Assembly: GCA_002269645.1 (NCBI GenBank)
Contig: NIVC01000538.1
Span: 1 to 64,000 of the forward strand
DNA length: 64,000 bases
Direction of reading: 5' to 3'
DNA from: Macrostomum lignano
Taxonomy: Eukaryota
The notes beneath the pieces are model-generated. The model saw nothing but the letters and a program-made list of their open reading frames with translations. It had not been told where the DNA came from and searched no databases. Position numbers and translations under genes: made by a program. How positions within the stretch are numbered: the first letter of the stretch is position 1; each line of letters starts with the position of its first letter. This document shows positions 1 through 16,200 of this stretch, in pieces.

Positions 1-199
1 CCAAACGTTGGCTGCACCATTTTTCATTCATCATCAGTGTAAAAAACTGTCGTCTCCTTCTTCAAACTCGGATCTCTATCGGATTCGGGATCAAATACTC
101 CACTTGAGACATAATGACGATGAATATAGTTCACAAAAACTAAAAATGATGCTAAGTACAGTAGAAGCTGGCTAACTTAGAGCCAGAGAAGCTATACAA

Positions 200-460
200 A
201 TATGCTCGTACAATCCAAAAGTCTGAAAGACTGACAGATGAAATTGTTGATGGCCTGCAGAGCGTGAACTTATCATCGACGGGTTCGATCAATCCATCAA
301 TCAATCTGCTGTACTGCACTGACCTGGACATACTCAGTGAGGACCCAGAAGAGCTGCAGAAATACCATGACAATTTTGTGCCATACCTGAATTCTGTCAG
401 AATCCCAAGCTGGAGATTAACATTAAGAAAGCAGAGGTGACCAGTTGTGACGCAAAAACC
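200..460 (+). pseudogene. Degenerate non-LTR reverse transcriptase fragment
   Basis: Reads INLLYCTDLDILSEDPEELQK then (shifted frame) KLEINIKKAEV, resembling the LLYADD..LSE..EELQ / GLEIN.KKT.V region of LINE RT; catalytic YADD is degraded. Confidence 0.35.
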
Positions 461-870
461 CCAAGAAGAAAGCAGGCTCTTCATTCAACGCCAGCTAGTG
501 GATTCGTGCCTAAGATTTCATCTAATCATGAACTCCATCATCTCGGAGACTACTCAGACTAGTTGTGGACACAGTTTACTGTGAGGCTAACAATCACAGA
601 AAAATGAATGCAAAGCTGTAAGCATGGACGTGTATAGCGAAATCAATCAGAACCTACAAAGACACTGAAGACAAAGAGTAGAGAACCTCAAAGCCAAGTG
701 TCACTTTTACCACAGCTCCAAATACTCGTAGTACTATTCAACCGAAATTATGTCCAAAGTGCCATGGGGGTAGAAGTTGAAGTTCAGTTCCTGTTTAAAT
801 GTGTGTAGTTGGAACTTTTATAGTGCTTCCGTGATCAATTTGAGCAGAAACTAGAAACAAGAAAGAAACA

Positions 871-986
871 CAATGGGGGGTATCTGTAAGCGAGAATTCA
901 TGGTATTGGCCATAGACACGAGCGGACATCGCGGCTATCGTGTCTATGCCATTACCATGAATTCTCACTTCCAGATACCTTCATTG
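871..986. repeat. ~115-bp imperfect hairpin (MITE-like), ~50-bp arms
   Basis: Left arm tatctgtaagcgagaattcatggtattggccatagacacga pairs with right arm tcgtgtctatgccattaccatgaattctcacttccagata; short central loop. Confidence 0.8.
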
Positions 987-1524
987 GTCAATTGGTCCAT
1001 CAGGATCCGAGTGGGAAGGGGGGAATGGGGGTGTGGGGGCGAAGCCCCCCACTTACAACCATAGACTATTTTATTTTACGCTCATAGACTCGTTCGTTTT
1101 CTAAAACGATATCCTGGTAAATGCTTTATTGTCAATTTCAAACAATGACCGGTCATTGCTTGAATGTCATTGCCCTAACGTAAATTACCATAGACATTTT
1201 GAACGATGGGAATTCTAGCAAAACTAATCAAATTTTTCGCAGAAATTCTTGGTACACTTTAAAAAATTACCTGCTTCCTGTGGTGAAAATGCAGATTTTA
1301 TTCCGAATCTTCTGTTTTAAAAATTCAATTCAATTTTTTATTTCAATTCGATTGTCTCTGAGAATTGTTTTTTTTCAAATAAAATTTAAAGCAGTAGCTC
1401 ACTCAAAATTATTATGAGAGGTATAAACCAACTAGAGCTGGATTTTAAGTTATTAGCACTGGATGCTCGCGTTTCTCTATTGTAAAACCACTGCCTGCGC
1501 GTGGGCGGAGGGGTTTTAGATGTG

Positions 1525-2295
1525 GGTACGGTCTGGGACGGATAGATTCTGGGATTGGGTCTGGGGCGGATAGATGCTGGGGGATCGGGGTCTGGGACGG
1601 ATAGATTCTGTGAGCAGATGGGTTGGGGTGGATGGGGTCGAGGGCGGATGGGTCGGGGGCGGATGGGGTCGAGGGCGGATGGGGTTGGGGCGGATGGGGT
1701 CGGGGGTGGATGGGGTTGGGGCGGATGGGGTCTGGGGTGGATGGGGTTGGGGGCGGATGGGGTCTGGGACGGATAGATTCTCTGAGATCGGGATCTGGGG
1801 CGGATAGATTCTGGGAGATCGGGGTCTGGGGCGGATAGATGCTGGGGGATCGGGTCTGGGGCGGATAGATTCTGGGAGATCGGATCTGGGGCGGGATAGA
1901 TTCTGGGAGATCGGGGTCTGGGGCGGATAGATTCTGGGATATCGGGGTCTGGGGCGGATAGATTCTGGGAGATCGGGATCTGGGGCGGATAGAGTCTGGG
2001 GGGGGTCGGTGTCTGTGAGCAGATGGTTGGGGGCGGATGGGGTCGGGGACGGATGGGGTCGAGGGCGGATGGGGTCGAGGGCGGATGGGGTTGCGGGCGG
2101 ATGGGGTCGGCGGCGGATGGGGTCGAGGGCGGATGGGGTCGAGGGCGGATGGGGTCGAGTGCGGATGGGGTCGAGGGCAGATGGGGTCGAGGGCAGATGG
2201 GGTCGAGGGCAGATGGGGTTGCGGGCGGATGGGGTCGGCGGCGGATGGGGTCGTGGGCGGATGGGGTCGGGGCCGGATGGGTGCGGGGGCGGTTT
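1525..2295. repeat. G-rich minisatellite (units such as ggggcggatggggtcgag and ~31-bp ggggcggatagattctgggagatcggggtct)
   Basis: Dozens of tandem GGGG-containing units; explains the Pro/Gly-rich ORFs in all frames. Confidence 0.9.
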
Positions 2296-3927
2296 AAAAG
2301 AGCGGATAAACCAAGGCCATTGTTGACTCGCGGGGCAGACTGGGCCAACTAAGGACCTTATGTTGTCTTCTCTTGAGCTTCTCTGCCTAATTAGTTTGTT
2401 GTTGAATGGCAAGCAAGCAATTCAATTTCCCTGAAAGTTCCAAGCAGTCTGTCTGCGCATGCCAACTGCACGCCAGTCTACAATTATTTTTTATTCTCAT
2501 CTGACTAAAAGCAGTAGCCATTTCATTCAAGATTTCGAGTCTTAATTAGACCCAGCGATTAAAAAAATGAGACTTGGCTTTTTGAAAAAGCCGAAAAGCG
2601 TGGGTAGACTGAGGCATGAGGAATTCATGCTGCAGCCAATAGCCATGCATGCCACATACATGAAGCCTCCGACTCCACACTCAGACACTATATCTCACAA
2701 ACATAATAAGCTTTATATCCTTACTGGCCTACTTTAAGTACCTCTGTAGGCCAGAGCCTCCATCGCTCCATTTTCAGAAATGCAGCAACTACTGATTTGC
2801 GTTTTCGTGCAAAGACTGCAAGACAGTTAGTTAATCTTGAGCTTGTTTGACGTTTTATGCTGGAGTAGAATCAGTGGCCAAAGGTCAATCAAAGGCTTGT
2901 TAACCAAATTTCAAGAAGCATTCGTCTCATTAAGCTTCTGCTGTTGATCAGCTTATCAGCTGGGCCCTGTCATGTAGAAGTTTCTGCTTATACAAGGAAT
3001 GCGGCAAAAAATGTTTTTAGACAAGTTTTTGTAAAAGATATGCTTTTGTAAACTTCTTCGCTTTGCCATTTTGTTTAGTAGGGCTCGGAATTCGGTAGCC
3101 AACTGCTCGTGATGTCTGAGGATAATTCATATTTAGCTCCGCGACTTCGCGTAGAGTCAGGAGGATTCAAGAGTCAAAGTACATTCCGTTCTCTAACTTC
3201 GATTTGGGACAAGCTACAACTACTATAGTAAAATCTGCATTGAAGTCTGCACGGCGCTGCTCTCTTGCCCAACCGTCTGATATGATATCAAATAGCAATA
3301 ATCGGCGCTATTTGAGGACTCATTGCCAACGTCAGCATATCAAAATACTATCAAACATGTACATGTATAAGCACATACGGAGAATTTTTCATGTTTGTTT
3401 CTTCCGTAACCAAAGGATATTGCAAGGAAAAATATGGGTGCACGTGACGTTTCTGATATGTTTGCTGCACCGAAGCCAGAGAAGGAGAGAGACACCAAGA
3501 TGGCCTGAGAATGTCACTTAGTGGTGTCAGGTCTGAGATAAGTCCAACTTCTCACCCAGATTTTCTCAGCTCAAATAATCACAGATTGTGTGGCTAAGTA
3601 AATGTAAAATAGACTCCAGCTCACCTGTACCCCGCAATGTACAATGCGCAAACTCTGCGCATTCTTGTCCATATTTAGGCCAATCAGCCCACGGTCCCCC
3701 TTGCCAATTTCCCTGTTCACAACCTCCCATGCACTCCCATATATAAGTGGCGCTTCTTGTCAAATGTAATGTTGAGTCATCGGAATTCCTCAAATATAAA
3801 ACAGTCGCTTCGGATTCTACTGGGACAGGCAAGGATTTCTCTTATAGCGATATAGCGACTAACAACAGGTAACAATTCAAGCCCATGAGGCACAGATAGT
3901 GTTACATGCGTGACGATTCAAGAAAGT

Positions 3928-3990
3928 CAGGGCCGCTGTACACCCTGTGTGAGCGTGTGTATGAGTGCTGTGCCTGAGTACAGTATTGGC
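3928..3990 (+). mobile_element. SINE body fragment
   Basis: agggccgctgtacaccctgtgtgagcgtgtg matches the middle of the SINE copies at 5524 and 29952. Confidence 0.5.
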
Positions 3991-4224
3991 TCTCTTGTGT
4001 GCTCAGGAGCCCGCTGAATGGGCAGAATAGCCGTCAGCGCTGCATGTGGACCATGTGGCCGAAGGCGTTGCGCCAGGGTGCCCACAGCCTTCTGCAGTTA
4101 TTGATTTATTTACCATCTCCGTACCAACCGACTGCCATCAGCAAGACGCCGGAACAGTCGGCCAGAAACCAGATTTTAGGGAGCACTGCGAAGGTTTCTA
4201 GTGGACTGGTCCGACTGGGTATCC

Positions 4225-4566
4225 ATGGCAGTCGGTTTTGGTCCATTCCCGGCGCTAAGGCTGACAGTCCCTGTTCTCATTCGCCAGACTCCACAGCCGC
4301 ATGTCGCTGCAGCGAGCCTCGCGGTCGGACCCGCCCGGCTGTCAGCCGCGCAGGGCCGCGTTGCCAAGGTGGTGCTACTGGGCGACTTCGGCTCGGGCAA
4401 GTCCAGCTTGTATCAGCGGCTGACGCTCGGCGAATCAGGCGGCGTGCGCGTTGGCGAGGCGGATACGAGGACTCAGAGGCTCCAGCTGCCAGCCGCGGCA
4501 GCTGCTTCGAGAATCTCCAGACGCACTGAGGAGGCCAGTTTGATCCGGCTGCCAGACAACAGCAAG
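4225..4566 (+). CDS. Rab-like small GTPase, exon 1
   Basis: KVVLLGDFGSGKSS P-loop; ends AAG|gtcagt donor, in frame with the next exon. Start ATG is tentative. Confidence 0.7.
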
Positions 4567-4722
4567 GTCAGTAGAGTCCTTCCTCCCTTTCCAATCCGGG
4601 ACCATATAATGCCAGCCATTTGCTGGCCATTTGCGAGATTGCAAATTTGCAATGTGTTTCAGGTGCTTATTAGTACAAGAGGCGACCTTGTTTCTTACCT
4701 AACGATTTTATCGTAAGTTTCT

Positions 4723-4890
4723 ATTGGTGGTAGTCTAGCGCGGCGCTTTGATGTGCCAGCAGCCCGGGCTCGATTCCAAGTGCAGTCACACTAATTTGGG
4801 ACTAAATTGAATTTCGGCTTGGCTCTGCTCGTGCAATTAATGCTCTTGAGGGCCAACCCCCAAGGCACAGTGAAGTGTACAACCCCCTGC
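4723..4890 (+). mobile_element. tRNA-derived SINE, internally deleted copy in Rab intron 1
   Basis: tagtctagcg...cccgggctcgattccaagtgcagtcac head, body to aagtgtac, then jumps to the 3' end (aaccccctgc). Confidence 0.75.
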
Positions 4891-5001
4891 ACACAACCCT
4901 CAAATGAATGCAATGAATGAATATAAAAGTCAGACGCGCTTAGCTTTGAGCTGCTTTGTTACCCCACCAGACACAATTTTGCCTGTTTGTCCACCTTGCA
5001 G

Positions 5002-5167
5002 GCCCTTCTGTACGACACCTGCAGTATGGAGCAGTTCAACCGGTCGCTAACGCACGGCTACTACCGGGGAGCCGCCTGCGTCATTCTGGTAGCTGACGCG
5101 TCCAACTTGCACTCTGTGCGCAGCCTGGACCACTGGAATGTGGACGCTGGCTGCTATGCCCCACATG
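5002..5167 (+). CDS. Rab-like small GTPase, exon 2
   Basis: ttgcag| ALLYDTCSMEQFNRSLTHGYYRGAACVILVADAS...SLDHW |gtgagc; G3/switch II and YYRGA Rab motif. Confidence 0.75.
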
Positions 5168-5523
5168 GTGAGCTGGAGACTTGAAGACGGGACAGTTCAG
5201 TATTCAGAAAAACTGCATCGCCGGCTGAAGCCAGCAGGGCCTTGTGGACGCGAATTTGAATCACGCACAGCTGAGACGAGAACGCGGGTTTGGTGCGAAT
5301 CGCGTCACTTGGGGCGGCAGATTCTAAAAAAATAACCAGATGGGCCACTCAGGCATATATACTCAGTAAAAGAGCTTTCTATTTTCAGTTCAGTAGTAAA
5401 GAAGAATACATAAGCTATTTTATAAAAAGGCAGCTAAAATGACTTTGATAAGTTTAGAAGCCCAATGCTTGCAGGCGTAAACAACTTGCTAATTGGTTCG
5501 ACAATGGTACATTAGCCGACTCC

Positions 5524-5814
5524 TATTCCGCCGACTCCCCTGAGCAGGCACACAAGCGTGTGGATACGTACGCAGTCATACGCACAGGCACACACTCACA
5601 CAGGAGTGTACAGCGGCCCTAACTTTATTTATCGTTAGGCATGTACACTTCACTGCGCCTTGGGGGTTGGCCTTCAATGGCGTTTATGACACGAGCAGCG
5701 CCAAGCCGAGATTCCAATTCAGCCCCAAATCAATGTGACTGCACTTGGAATCGAGCCCGGGCCTCTGGCACACCAGAGCGCCGCGCTTACGCTAGACTAC
5801 TGGGCCACGGCCCC
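5524..5814 (-). mobile_element. tRNA-derived SINE in Rab intron 2
   Basis: Minus strand A-box-like TGGCCCAGTAG and B-box-like GGCTCGATTCC; clearly similar to copies at 29952 and 30430. Confidence 0.85.
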
Positions 5815-6345
5815 TGAACCAATCGGTAGTATATAGGGCGATTATAAACTAACGAAAGTGGAGCAAAGTACGTGAGGCCGCAACCAAACTAGATTGAATT
5901 TCGTTTGACGACACAAATTTTTTAATTTTATACATCAGTCGTGGGAATTGCTGGCTCATTGATAGGTGCAAAATGCCCCCCGGCTGATCAGAAGCAATCA
6001 CAAAGATATTTTTATTGTTTTTAAATGTTTTAAAAGCACTCGTGCATCCTATATACTAAAAAATTTCACTGAAATTGAGTCTTATAAGCTTGCAGAATCG
6101 TCTTCTACGAGACTTCTTCACCTGAATTCCAGCTTCAAAGATTCTCGTCTTCACGAAAAGCGACTCGGAAGTGGCTGACAAGAATTTGATCAGCTGGGAA
6201 TTTGAGTCTTATCAGGCAAGGCTTGGCTGCTACCGAAGCGCAGTGGTGTCCTCAAAGACAGGTGAAAATTCCCGCATGCAAACAGATTTGTTCAGTTGTG
6301 CATGGTCACTAGTGCTGGTTTCATAGAGATTAAGATAGAAGTTTT

Positions 6346-10758
<4,413 letters not shown>

Positions 10759-10759
10759 T

Positions 10760-11012
10760 TGTTTTCCCGAGAAAAAGCGCATTTCGCCCTGAACCTCGAA
10801 CAGGCCGCGGCATCGACCAGCTGCTGGAGAAAATCGCGGAGTCCTGTCAGCACCGGCGGGCTCTCGATCTGCAGCAGCAGCACCAGTCGCTTGTGAATGG
10901 CGGCTTGATGCCGATTTCTCTTGGTGTTGAAGAAGCGGGGGCTCAGTCGAATGAGAAGTTTTTCGAGCTGCCGGATTTCGACACCTTGAAGTCCAGCTGC
11001 TGCCAGGGCTAG
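10760..11012 (+). CDS. Rab-like small GTPase, last exon (5' boundary uncertain)
   Basis: [16 protein letters not shown] resembles the post-G5 helix; ends SSCCQG*, a Rab-type di-cysteine prenylation motif. NKxD exon not located. Confidence 0.55.
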
Positions 11013-12870
11013 CTCCCTGCCAAGTTCTGGGCTTGAACTGACACTGATTCTCGATTGCTTGTCTTCACCAGCCCTGAATGTCCTAAACTCAAAATTGATA
11101 TTGCTTGTGTTAGTTAAGTCGGGAATTTCAAGTCTGTGGTCCCTTCTCTGACGGGTGATTCCGATTGAAATGGTCTGGTTTAGCGACCCGCTATTTTCTT
11201 CAGCCGAGCCATAAGCTATAGGAGACACTCAAAAAAGTTACCAAAAAGCCAATAATGGCCATAGAAACTCTCAGGTAAAAGCTCTTCTCTTTTGGTAAGC
11301 CAAAAGTTTACAGTCTCAATAAAACAATGCCCTGTGGTTGTTGATTCTGACGCAGAAATGCTAGCAGCAGCCTCTCTCTCGTATTAGTGGCCAATTATAA
11401 ACTTAACCAGTTGGTCCATACCATTGCAACACAGATTTTTATGCTTTCTTTTGATCGCTCGAATCCGTTTTTGTCGAATAATTAATTACACATTTATTTT
11501 TAGTTTATTCTGTTAGAGTGTTGCTCAAGTAAAGCTATGCTATTTTTTTCATTTTTTTGTAAATACGTCCGATTGTATTCGAAACTTCCTAACAGGCTAA
11601 ATTAATAATGGAATTAGTTTTTATGTTCCCACATTACTGGGTCGTTACGTGTGTTAGCAACCATGCGCCATCGGTAACTCCAGCTGGCAGGCAACATCAA
11701 CTACCCTCAGCCGGTACAGAAGGCGCTGACGCTGCAGGCACCCAACCATGTGACGCTGCTGTCTTTAAGAACTCTCTATGACAGCGTATTTTTGTTACTA
11801 TTGTTACTGTTGTTACATGCTGAAGAGAACAGTTTGCATTTGCTTAAATACATACATGTTTAAGAAACTAATGTGATTGCCGAAATTAACTTAATGACAT
11901 GTCATGAAGGGGAAACCTGCGTCAAATTTCATGATTCCATGCAGTGCTGCTAAACTTCCCAGCGAAGGCCGTATTGAGGAATGAGTGGTACGAATGAGCC
12001 GTAACAGGTCCCCGAATCGAGAACGACCTACGCACGAGTGCTTATATGTAGGTACTTGTTGGTCCGCCTCTCACCAAAGTCCCAATTACAAATTGAGAGA
12101 GCATGTTGAAGCTGTCATTGGGCCTGCGCACCTCTTTCGTTTACTTTTTCCTGAAATACTAAATAGTCCAATTGTCCAATGGTCCACGCAATCATGAAGA
12201 GACAAAATTATACAACAGTAAGAATCTATGTATAGGTTTTTATTTTTTCAGTATTATTAATATTAGCGTGAGCGAGTTTTACAGGTACTTCTCTATACAA
12301 TGCATACAACAGTAAATAACGCAGGGTCAACTGAAGTCACATGGAATACCGCACCGTGCCCACCTGTACTTCTATAGTCAGAAGTTTACAGCAGATCGCA
12401 CGCCAGACTGAATATCTCAGAGACAAGCTAGCTGCACCTCATGTGGCAATTCAGGCAACTGAAAATTGCAGCAGTCATCGACGGTATCTCGATAGTCTAG
12501 GATGTCGTCTGCAGCACCTGCTCTGACATCGGCGGTTTCGGCAGCGGCTGTCAGCGAATTCGCCTTGTCCTGCATCTCCGCCAACTGGCATCCCGTGATC
12601 AATGACAGAATTGTCGATTGCAGATAGCGATTGTTAAAATTTCTGCCAACCTACCGCCAGGTCCGAGGCAATCAACTCAGCTGCATCAGTCAACAGGTTG
12701 TTGGTAGTGTGCCCGAACCAAGTGAGCTGAGTGATGTAGCCACAGATTCGAGCACAGTTTCCTGCACGATTGGCCACCAATTTTCAAGCTTGAATTTCTC
12801 GTCGCTGATAAATAGCTGATAGATAGAAACTGTTGGGCAGAGGGCTGCTGATTTGAAAGCGAGTAGCTTA

Positions 12871-13100
12871 ATGGGTAGCGGCTGTCCATGCTGATAGATT
12901 TGTGTTGTCTTTGGTGTTGATGAGCTCGCGCGAATGCATTGGTGAGTGGGACATGGGTAGCGGCTGTCCATGCTGATAGATTTGTGTTGTCTTTGGTGTT
13001 GCTGAGCTCGCGCGAATGGATTGGTGAGTGGGACATGGGTAGCGGCTGTCCATGCTGATAGATTTGTGTTGTCTTTGGTGTTGATGAGCTCGCGCGAATG
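12871..13100. repeat. 82-bp tandem repeat, ~2.8 copies
   Basis: atgggtagcggctgtccatgctg starts at 12871, 12953 and 13035. Confidence 0.9.
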
Positions 13101-13274
13101 AACTTCTTTCAACTTCTGTTCCAAGGAGTCCCGAAAGAGAGCGCAGGTCAAAACCAAATTGCGAAAAATCAATAAATAGAGCCATGTATATTTTATAGAA
13201 TAATCGACAGTTCTTGTTTTTCCATACGTTCTATTGCATATTTCTAGTGTTATTTCGTGGGGGTAGGTGATGTA

Positions 13275-16200
13275 CAGCGGTGTCGGAACATATTTCAAAG
13301 TGGGGGGGGGGGCTATTGGTGGGAGCTGGGCACATTGCATATACATTTTTGTAATATAAGGGCACCCTAAACTCCTGATGTTATGTCAGTTTGTGACATT
13401 GTGACAACCAGGCCAATATTTCAATTTCAATAATGTGTTGTAAGTGGTCAAAAGTCTGAAAACGCTCGAATTTTCAACTGACTCAAACATTGCGCGACTC
13501 GATTAGGCCTAAAGCCCCAAATCCCAGGATCACAATTGTCTGGGATTCAATAATCCCGGCATTGACCATCGGGATCCCGATCCCGCTTCGCAATAATTCA
13601 ATCATTCATTCTCGAATCTCGAGCAGTAGTATCTGCAGCTGAGCTACTGTCAGGTGAAAACCCAGTTGTCCTGCTTTGGTTTATTAATCTTTTAAGCGTA
13701 CAGGCTAGTGAGAAGGCTGAGGCTGCAGGGATACAAAACTAAAGCTGTTGGCAGATCGTAAGGAGATTTCAGGTGTAATTATGTGCGTGCAGCTGTATGC
13801 ATATGGTACTTGCAGACAAATGTAATTATTATTCTAAAACCTGTGCACAGAGCCTAAAGCAACAGAAGCCAAGTCCTCATTGTTTCCGATCAATGTTCAT
13901 TTGAACTCTCCCTCGACGAGCTATCTCAAACTCAGCTAAAATCAGGGGTCTCGACCTTGCACAGATCAGATCAGAAGCCTCCTATGCGGAAGCCTCATTC
14001 TCAGCACTGTCAGGACACCCTTTCGATGCCCAGCATAGGGGTGGTGGCGGAACTACTTTAAGCAGTCCCTACCTTCAAAACTCCTTGGCCGTAGTTGGGT
14101 TTAGAACAGTGGGACCTTGCTATCGGACCCCCCACAACCCAAGCTACCAATTCTCCCTCTAGGGCGGGTGACCCTGGGAGGGTGAGGTCTGATCGATCTT
14201 CTACCCTCGTACAGTACCTCGGGCCATAGCTCTGTAACTATCGATCCCCAGGTCACAATCAAGTGTGATTTTCCTGAGCTGATGCTCTGGCATGTAAAAA
14301 AGCACGTTTTTTACTTTATAGCCCGTACAATACACTCGAATTTGCAAGTTTCTTACTTACAAAATATTTTATTCTGTTCTATTTTATTATTGAAAGCCCT
14401 TTAAAATCAGGTTAGATGGCTTTCGTAAACCAAAATTGCACCAACAAAGATTATAAACTTTTTCAATCCCGGGATCCCAAGATCCCAGCGCCCTGCTGTG
14501 CTGATGCGGACGCGAGGACCAACGTCCCGATTGGCACTGCGCAGACTGACCGTCCCGCCTCGCCCGCGGCTCCCCGGCCGACAGCTCAGGAAGCCTACCC
14601 GGCGAGCTGCCGCCCCCCGACAGCACGCGGCGGCGTGCTCATTCTCCTTTGTGAAGACATCGCCTCCAGCAACCCCCGCGGCTCCACTCACGGTGCCCTT
14701 GACCTCGCCACGTGCACGGCCCGTGGGTACGTGGGTAACGTCGGGCTGGCCAGTGTGCATGCCCCACCCACCAGCAGCCAGCGGCCCGGGGAGACGTGGG
14801 CCCCGGACTTCAACGAAATCCCGGTTTTAAGTTTGTATAATTGGCGGGGACTTCAACGCGCATGGCAGTTGGGATGCGGACGCGCCCAGCGACGATCGCG
14901 GCGCCACCCTGGAGGAATGGGCCGCCGGCTGGCAACTGTCCCTCGCCAACAAACCGGCCGTCGCCACCCGCATTAACCCTAGCACCGGCGGCAAGTCCGC
15001 CCCGGACTCGACCAGGATCCGCGGCCCTCCTACCGTGTCCGTGCGCTCCTCCTAGCACGTCGACGAGGACCTCGGCTCCGACCACCTGCCGATCTGCTTT
15101 ACCGTCAGGAAGCGTCGGAGGACCCCCAGCCCGGCGCCCTCGCTGGTCTTTCAAGAGAGCCGAATGGGGGAGTTTCAAATATATCGCTCCAGAGGACCTG
15201 CGAGCAGCACCCACACTGTCGCCGCAGTAGCGACCGCGCCTATAACCTCCTGTGCGCGGACATCCTGCGCGCCGCTGACGCCTCCATCCCCAGGGGGTGC
15301 AGACCTGGCGCGCAGAAATCCTTCTGGAATGAAGAGTGCGACACCGCTTAAAAGAACTGCCGCGAAGCCCGCAAGAACGTCGCTAACACCCCTTCGGATA
15401 GCAACCTTGAGCTCTTCGGACAAGCACGCGGTACGTTTCGCAAGACAATATACGAAGCTAAGCGCAGCTTCTGGGATCAGACCTGCAATGACCTCGACCT
15501 CAACTCCGACATTTTCCGCATATTGCGCAACATCCGTGACGACGGCCCCGCGGCCCGATCGAGCGCCGCCATCACGTACATCACCGGCTCTGGACGCACC
15601 CGCATCGCCGTCACCGATCGCGAAAAATCCAACCTCTTCGCGGGCATCTATGCTTCGGAATCCAGACTCGAGCACGGCGAGAACGATGGGCGAGTCCGCG
15701 CGGAAGCCAACTGCTACCTCAAAATTTACCCCAGGGCGGCCCAGGACTCCCCGGTCGAACGTGACTTCTGCACCGGCGAACTTAGGACCGCCCTCCGCCG
15801 TCTCAAATCCGGGAAAGCCGCCGATGGCGTCGCAAATGAAATGCTTAAGCACCTCCCCGCCGCCGCAGAGCTACGTCTCCTAGATCTCTTGAACGATGTC
15901 TGGAGAGGCAGCGCGATCCAGGCCGGGTGTCGGCGCGCCACCATCGTCCCTATCCCTAAGAAGGGCAAGGACCATTCGCTACCCACCTCCTTACGTCCGA
16001 TTGCTTTAAACAGCTGCATCGCTAAAACCGCGAAACGCCTGGTCCAGCAACGTCTTAGCGCCTGGCTCGAACAGAACAGCATTCTCACGCCCGAACAGGC
16101 GGGCTTCAGAGCCGGGCGCAGCACCGAGGAGGTCCTTGCTCATGTCTGCCAGAGCATCTTCGACGGCCTGGAGAGCCTCTGATCCGCTATGACTCTTCTC

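Noticed and set aside
1386-2412. Pro- and Gly-rich ORFs on both strands
   Set aside because: Produced by the G-rich minisatellite; open in all frames with no domain.
4126-4237. 13-bp perfect inverted repeat covering the candidate Rab ATG
   Set aside because: Short, start codon uncertain, could be chance.
12340-12830. Short ORFs with an RAHYQ motif reminiscent of transposon-associated proteins
   Set aside because: Too fragmentary; no second supporting motif in register.
12917-12940. Hammerhead-like core ttgatgag-ctcgcg-cgaatgcatt in the 82-bp repeat
   Set aside because: C3 and one A of GAAA are missing and stem I strands are not complementary.
13860-14280. GC-richer segment suspected to be an RTE UTR or ribozyme
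   Set aside because: No ribozyme core or coding motif could be demonstrated.
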